A stretch of 61,984 bases of DNA, filler included, from Vannella sp. (taxonomy: Eukaryota), in assembly GCA_023345925.1 (NCBI GenBank). It is 7 parts of 7 records of this genome, joined end to end, with 100 filler letters (N's around TTAATTAATTAA, not from the genome) between each part and the next. Parts side by side here need not be neighbours in the genome. Positions count along the whole stretch, not along the records: positions 1 to 10,645 come from JAJQQN010000803.1; positions 10,746 to 27,188 come from JAJQQN010000905.1; 5 more parts are not named here. One strand, written 5' to 3'. How positions within the stretch are numbered: the first letter of the stretch is position 1; each line of letters begins with the position of its first letter. Below are positions 1-13,893 of the stretch, in pieces. A program made the position numbers and the translations under genes. The notes under the pieces were generated by a model. It searched no databases and was not told the DNA's origin. It worked only from the letters and a program-made list of their open reading frames with translations.

Positions 1-347
1 GGCTTTTTTTGGCTGTCGATGCCACTCTTTGTTGGATCAACACAAGCGATCTGGCTGAAGAGCTCTCTTTGGGGAGTTCCTTCGCTGGTGATAGAAGTGT
101 AGGAGGTATGGCAGCTTAACCAAGCAAAGTGGATTACTCCCGCCACCAAGATCCCCTTCCTTATCTTGAAGAGATGGAGGTCATCAGGGCAAGCTGCGCA
201 AATACGAGTTCTGCCCTCTCTCGTTGAGGTTCATTTTCTTGAGCCCCAACAAAGCTAGATTTGGAGGGACTTGCCGATAAAGAAAACTTTTAAAGGGAAT
301 GCGATCAATTTTAGGGAGTTTTGACCTTCGAAGGCATAACGCTCTCT

Positions 348-357
348 GATTGGCGGG
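348..357. promoter_or_regulatory. Putative CCAAT/GC box
   Basis: GATTGGCGGG lies 55 nt upstream of the PSME4 ATG. A near-identical reverse copy, CCCGCCCAATC, is at 24833-24843 in a divergent promoter. Confidence 0.35.
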
Positions 358-412
358 TTCGTCCGAACACGGGCGGCTTGATGGGCATCTTTTTCAGGCT
401 CTTTGAAGAGGA

Positions 413-3400
413 ATGGGGGCTGGGCGTATCAAGTTCTCGGATAGGGTGAACTGGACCCCCCTGAGCTATCGCCATCTGGTGGAGGAGGAGCGAGAGCGAT
501 TAGTAGATCTCACCCTCACTCAAGTTGAGCTTTTACCTTCGATCTGTTCATTTCGAGGTCGCTGGGACGTTCTACATCTATTTCGTGCCTTTATGACGAT
601 GGAGTATGAGCTCTTGGAGGAGCAGTGCCTTCGCTTGGCGGTCGGGATGTACCGATGGATCATCACGAGCATCCATGTTGACATCTGGGCCCACATTGAA
701 GGCATGGAGTTGCTACATCAGTTCCTCACTGTATATCGCCCCATTTGCGGCTTTGTCGTACCCTGGAGGCCACTTTGCGAGCTTCTTCTACGTGTTCACA
801 TCCGTTCCAAGGAGATCGCCGTGCCTGAGAACCACGGACCCACCTTAATCCAGCTCATTTCGAAGCTTAGACCCTACTTTGCTACCAACGTGGCAACAGA
901 GATCTTAACAGAGTTCCGAGCTGAGCTATGTCGGTTCGACTCCGGCATTTTTGCGATCCAAGCTGTCATATGCCATGTTCTCCCAAGTTACCAGTACTGT
1001 TGGTGGTTTCCTCAACACCCAACTATCTGGTGTGAAGGACAGCTCGCAGTGGGTACCGAACACCCGCTCCATAGGACCTTTTGGATGGAGGAGGTCATCA
1101 GTATGTGGTCCTGGGAGGAGCACAACCGCTACTGGGACTCTCTATGGGTCGACCTATTATCAAGATCGATAACTCATAGCTATGCACTCTATTCACCGCT
1201 ATACAAGTGGCTACGAAGGAGTCTACGTCGTGAAAGAGGTCAAGTAATCAGTTCGATGCCGAAAGTCGTGGAAGCTCCTCATTGGAGTGTCGAAGAAGAG
1301 TCTCTGTTCCGTCAATGGCTAGCATCTACCAACGAAGAGTTTGTGCCGTCTCTCTATGAGCATCTCTACCGAGACCGAAGGCAGATTGAAGGAAAAGAGT
1401 ATCCCAAATGCAACGTGATGGGAATGGTAGGAAGTCGTTGGGACAAGTATATAGCCGTTCTGTACGAGAAATTCCACCAAATTGTCAGTTCTTCCATAGA
1501 TGTGGGTCCTTTTGAGCCTCCTTGCTGCGATTTCTTCAGTGCAAACCATCAATTTCTGCTGAACAATACCTATCAACTCTCCGTGGCACATTGTGTAGTC
1601 GAGCTGCTGGTATCAACACCCCTGGGATTGCTGAATTATGGTGAAGGACAGACTCCTTTCGATTACTTTAGGAGGTTTTTGAAATACCTCGAGCCCTTTT
1701 ACCATCCTTCCAGCGGAGGGCAGTGGCAAACGAAGCTTTGCATCTTCTTGAAGAGTCTTTGCACTCAATTTTTCATCCGAAGGAAATCAGAAATCAAACA
1801 GGCTGATCGCTCTCACAGCATTGTTAAGGAGCTGAAGGAGAGACTCTCTTTGCCTTCCATCGTGGGAGATGATCGCGAGAATCTACAAAGACAACTGTTT
1901 ATATGTCAAATGGAGATTGAAAGGCAACGCAACTTCTTCCTGCAGGACGAAGACGTTTTGCTCTTTGTTCAGCTCACTCTGCCCCTCACTTTGAAGGCAA
2001 TATACGTTAAAGCAGGTAGCGAGTTTGCTATCCAAGCACTCCAAATTATCTCATTCCTGGCACCTTCTGTTGCCATTCCAAAGCTAATGGAGACAGCCTT
2101 TGACGACTTGGAATCATTCAATCTTACTCACCGAACATCCACAGCCCTTCTCTCTTTCACCTACTTGGCAAGGCCAATGCTCTCTCCTTCTTATGGACTT
2201 GCTGGTGGGCGTCACTTGGAGGCTATTTTACAACGCACCCTTCCAGGAGTCGATCCCAACGACCAATCAAAGACCTATATCACTCTTTGCTTTTACTTCT
2301 TTATCTTGTGTACAATTCCAATCACCAACTGCCAAGATTCACTTGTCTCTGTCGGACCCTTTGCTCCAAATGATCCTTCTGATAATCATGGCAAGGCCAT
2401 TGCATTTTTGAAAGGTCCAAGCAGTCAGGGAGCAATCGAAGCTACTTTGATTGCCACCAAATACTTTCGCGATTGGGCCCTAGAGCTCTTAGAACGCACT
2501 TTTAGTTTGATCACTCTGATATCCTCTAAGGAAATGGAAGAAGAGACTCACATGGTGCAACTTCAGTCGACAATGTCGCTGTTATTCCAGCAGGTCAGCG
2601 CTCCATTATTTGACAAACTACTGGAGCGTGTTTTTGAATTTGCTATTGCTGCTAACACAACCTTTACCCGAGCGTCTATTTCAACACTTTGTGGTAGCTT
2701 GGCTGCTGTTAGTCCAGACAAGGTGTTAGAAAAGTTCTTCCCTTTCTACTACAAGCAATTCGTAAGAGACGATGCCACAAGTGAGCCTCTCCTTCACACT
2801 TGCAGTGATAATGAGTTTATCTGGGGCTTGTCTATATTGAACAAAGTATTTGGACACTCTGGTATGGAGCTTTTCCGCTACCGGAACGAGATTGAGAACC
2901 TGTTAGAGCTACTCCTGACTTCTTCTACTGCGGCAGGGCGAAAGCACTCCACAATGGTGACAAGATATGCCTGCAAACTTCTCCGCAGCACTCTGAAAGC
3001 GCTCTCACGAACATACATCTTAGAGTCCCGAAGCTCCCCGCCCTCTGAATGGGATGGAATCGCTAAAGGCAGAGGAGAAGAGCTCCTCCTGCACTGGGAG
3101 CGACAATGTGATTATCAGAATTTGGAGGTCCATTGGCATATTCCAACGGAGGAGGAGCTTGTTTGGGCGATATCCTTGGCTAATAAGTTAGGGGGATGGG
3201 CATTGGAGAAATTGGAACAGTTCCAATGGCATTCCGCTCTTCAAGCTCAAATGACGTCTTCACAACGGCGAGATTTACGTGACTGGCTTCATCTGATCCG
3301 GAAATGCTATCAAGGTATTGGCGAGGTGTGTCTGTATTGGAGGTGTCACGAACAACCAACGGAAGAGGATCGGAAGTACTGCCAGAGCTTTGGCAAGCAC

Positions 3401-6400
3401 GAAGGACGTCCCATTGTGCTGGCACCGAGCCTTTCGATTGACGAGCTAGCCCCTGAGCTACTCCAATTCACTTTTGATCGTCTTGCGAGAGCTCTTCATC
3501 ACGTGGTTATAGAGCTCGCAGGAGATGATGGTAGTGGGTGTGATGATAGCAAGACACTTTGCCAACTCATTAGGACGATTGGAACTCTTTTCATTGCTCC
3601 CTACGGTCATAGGCAGAAAAAAAATGGAAGGAAATTGCTGTCTAGCAACATTGCCAACAGTATGCTCGATTCCAAACACCTTCCAAGACACATCTTTGTA
3701 CAACAGGCAGCTTTACAACATCTCCATCGAATCCAGTTCTATAGTGGCATGCTAACAGCACCAATATGGAGACTAATCGAAGATTTGATGCTCCTCTCGA
3801 TGCACCCCTACTCAAAAGTCCGTGTTGTTGCACAGGAGAAGTTTGATGCAAGTGAGCTGCGTTACCAACCACCAAAAAAAGTCTTGGTCGAGCGACTTAT
3901 CAGGCAGTGGTCAAGTCCAACAGCCACAGATTGCCAGATTACAGGATGTTGCTTCTTGCTATCCACCGAATTGTGCATTAGAACAGTTTTCCAGTCATGG
4001 AGATTGATTCTTCTTTTCATTGAAGCTATCTCTGCCGTTCATCGCCACCCTGGACATAAGATCCAAAGTAAGGTCTCGGGAACAGTGGCCATTTACGAGC
4101 GCCTTTTGTTTCCTGTCCCTATTGTCGTTCACATTGAAGGGAACGTGACCAAGTCCCAGAAGAGGACCCTGAAGAACCAGAATTACTTCCACCGGATCAT
4201 TGACTTCATTTCCACTAACGTTGAAAAGCTTTCGTGGGGATTTCAAGAGCGCCTGCTCCGTTTCTTATACCATTTTATTGCTTTTGGAAGAGACCAGGCT
4301 CCCCCTTTATCTCTATTCCATTGCCTTGTGAATCTCTTGCAGTCTGACGTGGCAACCGTTCAGTATTCAGCTTCAGAACTGCTTGCTCTGGTCCTCAAAA
4401 ACACGCAATTCAAGCGCCCGCGTGTGAAAGTGACCAATCAATTGAGTTTGGACAGTATATCCACCTTTCAGGAGGAGATTCAATGCGACAAACAATCCAT
4501 CCCAAAGAGTTCTGACGAATGGGAGAAAGTCCATTTCATTGACAGCAACTTCTATGGGTGGAATGGAGCCACTCCAACGAGGAAAAAGTACGTTCCCCTC
4601 TCTGACAGCGAACATGAAGAGCGTATCCTTCTGCATCGAGGCGACGTCTCATTCTTTGATTATCAAAGCGCTTGCCAAAAGCACCAAATGGGTACCTTAC
4701 TGGAGGAAAGTGTTTATCTCGGCAGGCGATACTTAGCGGCTCAGTTATTGAATGTGGAGTACTGGCGAAAAACTCTTAAGATATGGTCTGAACAAAGTCG
4801 TGATCTGACAGAAGAAAGCTCTTACTTCTTCCAAACTTGTTTTTGTCACTTTCCAGACTTGCTGGAGATCATTGCACCGGTTGTGGAGGAGTTATGCCAA
4901 TTGGGCGAGCATCCAGAACCACAATCGTTGGCGGCAGATATAATAGCTGGCCTTATCCGGGGGTCCAAACATTGGCCATTCTCTAGAATTGAAAAAATGC
5001 GACAATTAACTCTTCCTCTCCTTGAGAGGGCTCTGGCGGCCCCTCATTTTAAACGCTGGGGTGAAATTGTGTACTTTGCGGGCACCTCTACGGACTTTCT
5101 ACGATTAGAATGGATTTATAGCTACTTTGAAGGACGCTTTACCTTTGCGATACAGTCTGGCGCCCCAAGTCTCCAGATAGTACGGATTATCGAGTATCTA
5201 TTATCTTTCTTTTCCTGCATGACTTGGCGATCCGTTGGACTTGGAGTCAAGTGGATTGATGAGATTCTTTCTGGAGAATATCTTTATGAGGCACCGCTCC
5301 TTGTTCGGAACAGCATTGGGGACTGCTTACAGATCCTGACAGGTTACATTTACAGTGGAGTACGTTCACAGGAAACGAATATTCCTTCTTTTGCACCTGC
5401 TAGCTCTCGCAGTAACCTGTTGCACCTTTATCCTCAACTACAGACTCTCTTCTTTGAAGCAGTGGACAAGATGTTGGGGTGGAAGTCTTCTAAATTGTCA
5501 AGCTTGCCTGAAATGGAAGAGACCACCCGCAGACAGAATCGATACATTCACTGCCTTCTACAGATTGTAGTTCCTACTTCAGAAAGCTTCTACAGCCGGA
5601 TGATACCAATCATTTATCCTTTCTTGAGCGTTGCCCTACTCTTGGTTGACGACCGAGATCAGCAGCTCAGTGCAATCGCTTGGCGGGTTGTGGGTGGATT
5701 TGCTCAGGCAGAACTGGATGAAACTTGGTTGGACTGCTTATTTATGATAGGAATTGACATTCTGATGGACCGCTTTGATTTGCGGCAGTTCTCGCCAGAA
5801 CCTCACCCTCCGGAGATTTTGAATTGTACTTGGAGAGTGCGATGTACGACATTATCCTTTTTGCAATCATTCATTTGTAGCAGCATCTTCTTCTTGAACT
5901 CCCAACGGACACAGCTCCTCTTGGATTGCGTTTGCGAGGCCATGGGACATTCTCAGATTGAAGTGAGGCAAGCGGCAAGCACAACGCTCACTTCACTCGC
6001 CCACTTTATGAGGGAGGAGCAACAAATCCAGCTTTGGGACCGATTTGAACAAACAGCAGCGAATGCTCTTCCTTCAATTGGCTCTTTTGGTAGGAACAGT
6101 AAACTGGTTCTAAGACACCAAGCAGTTCTAGGAATGGCTGCCATTATTGCTGCTCACCCCTACTCAATGCCACTCTGGATGCCTAAGCGGCTCGTTGAAT
6201 TTGCTACACACATCAGCGACCCTTTGCCAGTCAAGGTGAGTTATAGAGGACCTTTCAGACAGAACTAATTGGGAGCAGGGTACTGTGAAAGAGACGTTTT
6301 TGTCTTTCTGGCAAGTCCACCAAGATTCTTGGACTTTAGAGAAGGAGTTATTTACTTCAGAGCAACTCAGTTTCCTTGTTGAGCTTCTGGTATCTCCCTC

Positions 6401-6413
6401 CTATTTTGTCTAG
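413..6413 (+). CDS. PSME4: Proteasome activator PA200/Blm10
   Basis: About 1985-aa HEAT-like protein with LEPFYHPS, LPGVDPNDQSKT, QIEVRQAASTTL and LRHQAVLG..AHPYSMPLW motifs. A 43-nt intron (6236-6278) leads to a last exon ending SPSYFV*. Confidence 0.93.
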
Positions 6414-7132
6414 TCATACATCTCAGTCTCCTGCAACCTCTGTATCTCTTGACAACGCCATTAGTGGGTCAGGGAGGTGGACCATCCTTCAGTTGTCCAA
6501 TCAGTCTATAAATAATGAGTCGGTCCTCTTCCATCCTCTCCATGTTCTGTTGGAATAGAAGTGTGTCTGTTCAACAGAGAGCATTACCCAGTCAGTTCTA
6601 ATCCTTTTCGAGGTAGAAACCGGCAGCTACGGCTGGGACAAAGGAACGGGTCTCGCACTCTCCAACGCATGTTCCAACGAGCCAGCGCACGTGTAAAAGA
6701 GCAAAGCATTCGTATTGTGTGGTCTATGAACGCCTCTTGGTCTGTAAAAACAGCATAACAGTTCTCTCACCAACTTGAAATGGGCGCCAAACATGAGCCC
6801 TTGCCAGTGTATCATCAACAGCTTCTCTTCTTTGCTTCTCAGAGTGGAAAGAAACGGTCTGTTGGCATTCAAGACAGGTGAGAGCGACGAAAAACAAACA
6901 AAGAGTGGTCTGTTGAAGCTCACACCGGCTTTCACACATCTGTATTAAATACGAAGCCATTGATGATTTTATAAAATGAAAATGAGCGTGACACAACAAC
7001 AGAGGTCAGGAAAGTCACTGGTCCATGTCGAACAAAAGAGTCAGGAAAGGTCTTTGTCGAACAAAAAAGGAAAAGAAGGCGCGATCGAGGGCCGATTTGT
7101 CCGCTTTTATTTTTCAACTCCGCCTGTGGTCG

Positions 7133-10100
7133 ATGTTGCTCATGCGCGAACTCTGTCTCCTGCTCTGTACGGCTACTTTCGTCGGTTGCTTACTCCTTCC
7201 AGGCCAAAAGGATTCCTTAGTGGCTCTCTACAACAGTACGGGAGGCCCGTTTTGGTCTCTGAAGCAATGGGACATCTCCACCGATCCTTGCAACCCAAGC
7301 CCCTGGGCGGGAGTGAGCTGCGATGGTTCTGCTAGCAATGTTCTTCGCATCAATCTCCCCAACAACAACTTAACAGGCTCTCTTCCGGACCTCCGCCTTC
7401 CGGAACTCGAAGGACTGTAAGAAGGGAGCGTTTGTGTGTTCGATTCTTACCAAAGAACAGCTTCTTATCAAGCAACTTCATCACTGGGATCATCCCTGAA
7501 TGGTCCATGCTTACAAAGCTCAAGTTCATGTGAGCTGAACTCTCAAACAAGAGAGGCGACCTGCCTCTTGTGGATGTTGACCTCACCGACCTCTTTCAGG
7601 TGGATCTCGTACAACAGACTATCAGGTAACCTTCCTGAATGGCCTTTTATGGGAGAGCTGCAGCAGATGTGAGTGAGAAGGACAGAAACCACCTAAAGCC
7701 TGACCTAATGAGACGCAGGTTCATCCAAAACAACTCCATATCTGGGAGCCTTCCGCAATGGAACGGATTAGCGAAGATTGTCTTCATGTGAGTTGCAGAA
7801 GGGCGCCCCAATCCAACCCAATCAACATGAAAACTGATGAAAGGGCGGGAAAGTGATCTCTCAGACAACCAGATTTCGGGATCAGTGCCCTCTTGGGGAA
7901 ACATGACTTCTCTCAGTAACGCTAAACTCATCACTAACCTTCTTTGTGGAAGTTTGCCAGCAGCTTCCGTTGGCCAGAGAATAATAAGAAATCAAGTCCC
8001 GGGGTTCACTTGCCCCATTCCACCCGTCGCATACATAGCTGACCCTTGTAACAACGGTAATGTATGTCCAGTGCTAATCATCTCGATGTCTGCCACGAGA
8101 ACAATGACGCCCAGTCCTTCCTTCAGCACTTCTGGGACAATCACTCCCTCAGCAAGCGCCAGCCCCACGTTGAGCATGACGACTTCTGCTTCTTCGAGCC
8201 GAACCCAATCTACAAGTAGTTCAACGAGTCCCACGTTGACACCAAGTTCATCCATAACTCAAACTTTAACTGCTTCTTTGAGCTCTTCTTCTACTTTGAG
8301 TGGGACGCCATCGGTATCTGTGACTGTCAGTAGTTCTGAATCTTACAGTCCAGCACCCAGTGTCTCCTCTACATCCAGTTCCTCCCCAAGTGGAAGCATG
8401 TCTGCAACTGCTTCGGAAAGCATAACAAATAGCCCGTCTTCAACAGCCAGTGCATCAGCTACTTCAAGCGAAACCCCATCACCGTCAGCGACCGCCAGTC
8501 CTTCTTTGTCTTTCAGTCCCTCACCAACGTTGTCTGCAACGCCAAGTCCTTCTCCAAGTGGAAGCGAAACATCGTCGACAACGCCCAGCTCTTCAGCATC
8601 CTCAAGTCCAACAGCTTCATCATCAGAAACCGCCAGCCCTTCTTTGTCCTTCACTTGCACGCCAACCTCTTCTCCAACGCCAAGTCCTTCTCCAAGTGGA
8701 AGCGAAACATCGTCGTCCTCGCCTACTCCGACAACCAGCCCATCGACAACGCCGAGCTCTTCAGCGTCCCAAAGTCAAACACTTTCATCATCAGAAACCA
8801 CCAGTGCTTCTTCGTCCTTCACTTGTACACCGACCTCTTCTTCAACTCCCAGTCCTTCTCCAAGTGGAAGTGAAACATCGTCCGCCTCACCGAGTCAGAC
8901 AACCAGCTCAACGACAACACCCAGCTCTTCAGCATCCCCAAGTCAAAGTACTTCATCATCAGAAACTGCAAGCACTTCTTTGTCCTTCAGTTGCACACTA
9001 ACCTCTTCTTCAACGGTCAGTCCTTCTCCTAGTGGAAGCGAAACATCTTCCTCTTCACTGAGTCAGACAACCAGCTCATCAGCGGCAACCAGCTCAGTTT
9101 CAGTGATTCTTTTAAAGTCATCATCAGAGACTGCCAGCACTTCCTTGTCCTTCAGTCCCATACCCACCTTGTCTTCAACGCCCAGTCCTTCTCCAAGTGG
9201 AAGTGAAACATCACCCTCCTCCCCTATTCAGACAATCAGCTCATCAACAACGGCCAGCTCTTCAGCTTTCTCAAGTCTCACAGTTCCATCAGAAACTGCC
9301 AGCGCTTCTTTGCCTGTTAGTCCAACACCGACTTTATCCACAACGTCTACTCCTCCCTCAAGTGATAGCAAAACTTCTTTCTCAGAAACTCCCACACTAA
9401 GTTCTTCTTTGGAAAGTCAAACACCTTCAAAAACTACCAGCCTTTCTCGATCTTTCAGTGTCACACCAAGTCTATCTTCAAAGAGCAGTAAAAGTCAGAT
9501 GCTTGTCCTTCAAAGCTTAGGAGCCACTCCCGATTTGACCATCAGCCGCTTGATAACATCCAGTGAACCATTTTTTGAACCAAAAAGCACCTCCTCTTCC
9601 CTTAGTTCATTGCAAAGTATTACCCAGCCGACTGTCACACCAACTCAGATGACTAGCTTCTCACCTTCAGTTGATCTTAACTCAAGGACAAGCTCATTAG
9701 GTCCAACCAAAGAGACAGAAGACAGTATTTCTGGTGCCCCCAGTACAATTAGATCCTCCTTGAACCAATTTTCTTCATCTCAGAGGAGCGAGACCATATC
9801 TATCAGACCAAGCGGTGAGATTGAAAGCCGTTTTAGTGCGAGCCCAGATGTCTCCCCAAGTGCAAGACAGGTCGCTAGTTTTCCATCACTCTCTCCTTTG
9901 GTGATCGATATCACTTCAACAGAGTTGATTCCAGTTTACAATTCAACAGGAGGTTTAGTGGGAAGCTTACAGGTTCCACCCTCCTTGACCAACCAGCCTA
10001 ATAGCACGCTGACCCTCACCCTCATAGAGACACCATTTAACTCTTCCGGTCAACAGCTAGCCAGTTCGATACTGAATATAACGCTGGTCAACTCTCAAGG

Positions 10101-10581
10101 AAGTTCAATCACTCAACTGAACTCGCCCTTGACTATTTGCTTTGTTCCCCCGCTGAACAGGACCAAGAAAAACGAGTACTGTTTGAGCTATTACGATGAG
10201 CAAGATTCAAAATGGAAGTGCGAAGACAAGTGCCTCACAAACCCTGGAAAGGAAAAGTCTCTTTGTGGACAGACTGGCCACCTCACAAACTTTGCGTTGC
10301 TTTTATCTGGCCGCGGGGACGATGCGGGTTTGTGTGCATCTGCGAGTCAAGGATTCTCATTTACGTGGATCTCCCTCGCCTTTGTGGTTCTCGCAATTCT
10401 TGTGGTAGCTGTAGGAGTGTTGGTGATTGAAGTGCGGATCCGATGGAGAATTCACAAGAGAAATAAGTTCATAAGTGAGTTAAACCACTACCTTACTGAG
10501 AATTCCCTAACTCGGGGTCGGAATGATAGCCAGCATCCAGATCGATTGGGGAAGCGAAATGGGAAATCAATTCTTATGTGA
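7133..10581 (+). CDS. LRR / Ser-Thr mucin stalk / GPS(GAIN)-like single-pass membrane protein
   Basis: Signal peptide, plant-type LRRNT (DPC..WAGVSC), LRRs (LxxNxLsGsLP), long S/T/P stalk, WKC..LCGQTGHLTNFALL GPS motif, one TM helix and a short tail. Introns at 7417-7460, 7530-7599, 7669-7718 and 7788-7853. Confidence 0.85.
8490..9310 (+). repeat. Degenerate coding repeat, about 140-170 nt period (SPSPSGSETS units)
   Basis: AGTCCTTCTCC(A/T)AGTGGAAG(C/T)GAAACATC recurs five times, near 8545, 8683, 8851, 9019 and 9184. Confidence 0.85.
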
Positions 10582-10645
10582 GTCCACGACTATCTTGTTT
10601 AGGTGGAATCTGATACTCTCGCAGAAATCCATCAATCTTCTTTAC

Positions 10646-10745
10646 NNNNNNNNNNNNNNNNNNNNNNNNNNNNNNNNNNNNNNNNNNNNTTAATTAATTA
10701 ANNNNNNNNNNNNNNNNNNNNNNNNNNNNNNNNNNNNNNNNNNNN
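10646..10745. other. Artificial contig-joining spacer
   Basis: 100 nt of Ns around TTAATTAATTAA, which gives stops in all six frames. Confidence 0.97.
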
Positions 10746-13734
10746 TACGAACTGCCAGAGCATGCGTGCATGTAAGTTTCCCCCTCTTCCGTTCGTCCTC
10801 TTCTGACGACGATCGACTATAGGTACTGTGGTATCCACTCTACGGCTTCTGTAGCACGTTGTAACTTCCCTGGTTGCCGAAAGTGGTTCTGTAACGGGCG
10901 CGGGAACACTTCTGGCTCGCACATTGTCACCCACTTGGTGAGATCCAAGCACAAGGAGGTCCAGTTGCACGCAGATGGCCCCTTAGGAGATAGTGCTTTA
11001 GAGTGCTACAAGTGTGGTTCACGCAATGTGTTCCTTCTGGGCTTTATTGCCTCCAAAACAGACTCAGTAGTCATCCTCTTGTGCCGCGAACCTTGTGCAA
11101 TGGATCGCTCCCTCGAGGCGATGGACTGGGACTTGTCTCAATGGCAGCCTTTGATTGAGGACCGCTGCTTACTCCCTTGGCTTGTCAAAGTGCCCACGGA
11201 GGACGAGCAAATGCGCGCCCGCCAGATCTCGGCTCCGCAGATCATCAAGCTGGAGGAGCTTTGGAAGGGCAATCCAGAAGCTCGCTTGGCAGATCTAGAA
11301 CGTCCTGGCATTGATGAGGAAGCTCACCCAGTCCTCCATCGGTACGAGGATGCTGACCAGTACCAAGCCATCTTTGAGCCGCTCCTCGAGTTGGAGGCTG
11401 ACTACGACAAGAAGATGAAGGAGTCCTTGGTTGAGTGATCCCTCACAGCCACGCTGCCCTTTGAACTCACCTCTGGGACCAGACTCAAACCAACATTGTG
11501 GTGCGCTGGGAGGTGGGCTTGAACAGGCGTCGGGTAGCTTACTTCCAGTTCCCCAAGTCCGATCATGGTACGTAGATTGCACTGCCATCACTCTCCCAGC
11601 TTCTCACACAAAGTAGAGCTCCGAGTGGCCCCTGGTGATGAACTTCGACTGAGAAACGCGCCTGACTCAGGCTACCCGCGCTTTGATTGCGTCGGGCACG
11701 TCACTAAGATACTTGGTAAGAAGGTCTCTTCTTCCAGACACGCAGCTTCTGACCCTGGCACCTGAAGCGGACGAAATCGCTCTGGAGATGCGCGATAACA
11801 AAGGCGACCCGACCTTGCAGACTCACGGCTACATCTTGGACTTTGAGTGGAATGGGGCTTCGTTTGCTCGTATGAGGAACGCTTTGCGGCTGCTGCCGAA
11901 CCCCGCTTCGATGGACACTTATCTCTTCCGCAGCTTCCTTGGTCAGATGGACATGGCTGTCCCTCCTAGTACGCAGCTTCCGATTCCCGGTGTTCTGTCT
12001 TGCCCGGACCTTCCTGAGTTGAACAGTTCTCAGGAGGATGCTGTCCGCCATGTTCTCCAGAATCCTTTGACTCTCATTCAGGGACCACCTGGGACTGGAA
12101 AGACGGTCACTTCCGCTACGATTGTGTATCACTTGGCCAAGCATCGCAACCAGATATTGGTTTGCGCACCTTCTAACGTCGCCGTCGACCAATTGGCGGA
12201 GAAGATTCAAGCTGCTGGCTTGCGGGTAGTGCGACTTTGCGCTAAGAGTAGGGAAGCGGTCAGTTCTTCTGTGGAGCATCTCTCGCTTCATTACCAGGTC
12301 CGAGTGTTACATGAACTCTTGGCCTCTGAGCTCCATAAGCTGCAAAGTCTTAAAGACAATATGGGAGAGCTCTCAACTGCGGATGGGAAGCGCTACAAGA
12401 CTCTCAAGGAGAAGGCAGAACGTGAGCTTCTTACAGAGGCGGAGGTTATCTGCTGCACTTGTGTTGGTGCTGGGGACCCGCGCCTTCGCAATTTCAAGTT
12501 CAAGACTGTCTTGATTGACGAGTCCACTCAGTCTACTGAGCCTGAGTGCCTTATTCCTGTTGTGAGCGGGGCCAATCGCCTGATCTTGGTAGGTGACCAT
12601 TGCCAACTTGGACCAGTGATTCTGTGCAAAGCAGCAGCCAAGGCGGGCTTCTCTCAGTCCCTTTTTGAACGATTGGTGGTGTTGGGTGTTCGTCCTGTCC
12701 GTCTCCAGGTGCAATATCGAATGCACCCCGCCCTGAGCGAATTCCCTTCAAATCGCTTCTACGAAGGAAGCTTGCAGAATGGAGTGGCCTCTGGTGACAG
12801 ACTCAACGTTGGAATAAGCTTTGAATGGCCTGTTCCAAGCAAACCGATGATGTTCTATCACTGCATGGGACGAGAAGAGATCTCCTCCTCAGGAACTTCC
12901 TACTTGAACCGAAACGAAGCGTCCATTTGTGAAAAGCTTGTCACCGAGTTCCTCCGCCTTGGAGCCTCTCCCAGCCAGATTGGTGTCATTACTCCCTACG
13001 AGGGCCAACGTGCGTACGTTGTGAATCTGATGCAAATCAGTGGAACGCGCCCTTCCCACGAGTACCGAGACATCGAAGTGGCTTCTGTTGACTCCTTCCA
13101 AGGCCGTGAGAAGGACTTTATTATCCTTTCTTGTGTACGCTCTAATGAGCATCAAGGTATTGGGTTCTTGAATGACCCACGCCGCCTTAATGTGGCATTG
13201 ACAAGGGCCAAGTACGGGCTTGTGGTCTTGGGCAACCCGAAAGTGCTTTCGAAGCAGCCTTTGTGGCACGATCTTTTGATTCATTTCAAGAACAACCAGT
13301 GCTTGGTAGAGGGGCCTTTGAATAACTTGCGGCAGAGCATGGTCCTGTTGCAGCAGCCTTCCAACCGATTCCGGGCTCCCCAATCGTCTACTACTCGCTA
13401 TGACGGACGGGCCATGTTGGGTGGATTCGGACAGGCTTTCTCTACGAACGAGGAGACCCACTCGCCTTTCCGAGCCCCAGCAGCTTATCTGGACCCTGCC
13501 AACTACTCCACGCAGTCCTCACAACCCGCTTCCCAACTGTATTCCCAAGACGGAAGCTTCGGGTCTGGCATGCCATCCTCCTTTACCCAAGGCAGCCAAC
13601 CCATGAGTAACTTCTCTCAAGTGACCGAAGGAGAATCCCAAGACTTCACAGGAGCGTCTCTCGATGAATCGCAAGACTATTCCTCTTCTCAATACTCTCT
13701 GGACGGAGACGACGATCAATACGCTTTCAAATAG
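10746..13734 (+). CDS. UPF1: Regulator of nonsense transcripts 1, SF1 helicase (5' truncated)
   Basis: CH zinc domain ([29 protein letters not shown]), [42 protein letters not shown] and an SQ-rich tail. About 4 short introns. Confidence 0.97.
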
Positions 13735-13893
13735 GCCACTTTCAGCAGGGACGCTCGACTATCCCTTCCCAATCGAGTGGACTGGCCAGTCCCTTGTCTA
13801 AACCGCTTGGACTCCTAAAGGGCTGGAGAAGAGGAAACCTCGATAAAGAGATCATTTCACCCATAGGAGAAGTACAGAGAATGGTACATTCAG

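Noticed and set aside
8450..9001. 183-aa Gln/His/Arg-rich overlapping ORF
   Set aside because: It is a shadow frame of the low-complexity Ser/Thr repeat.
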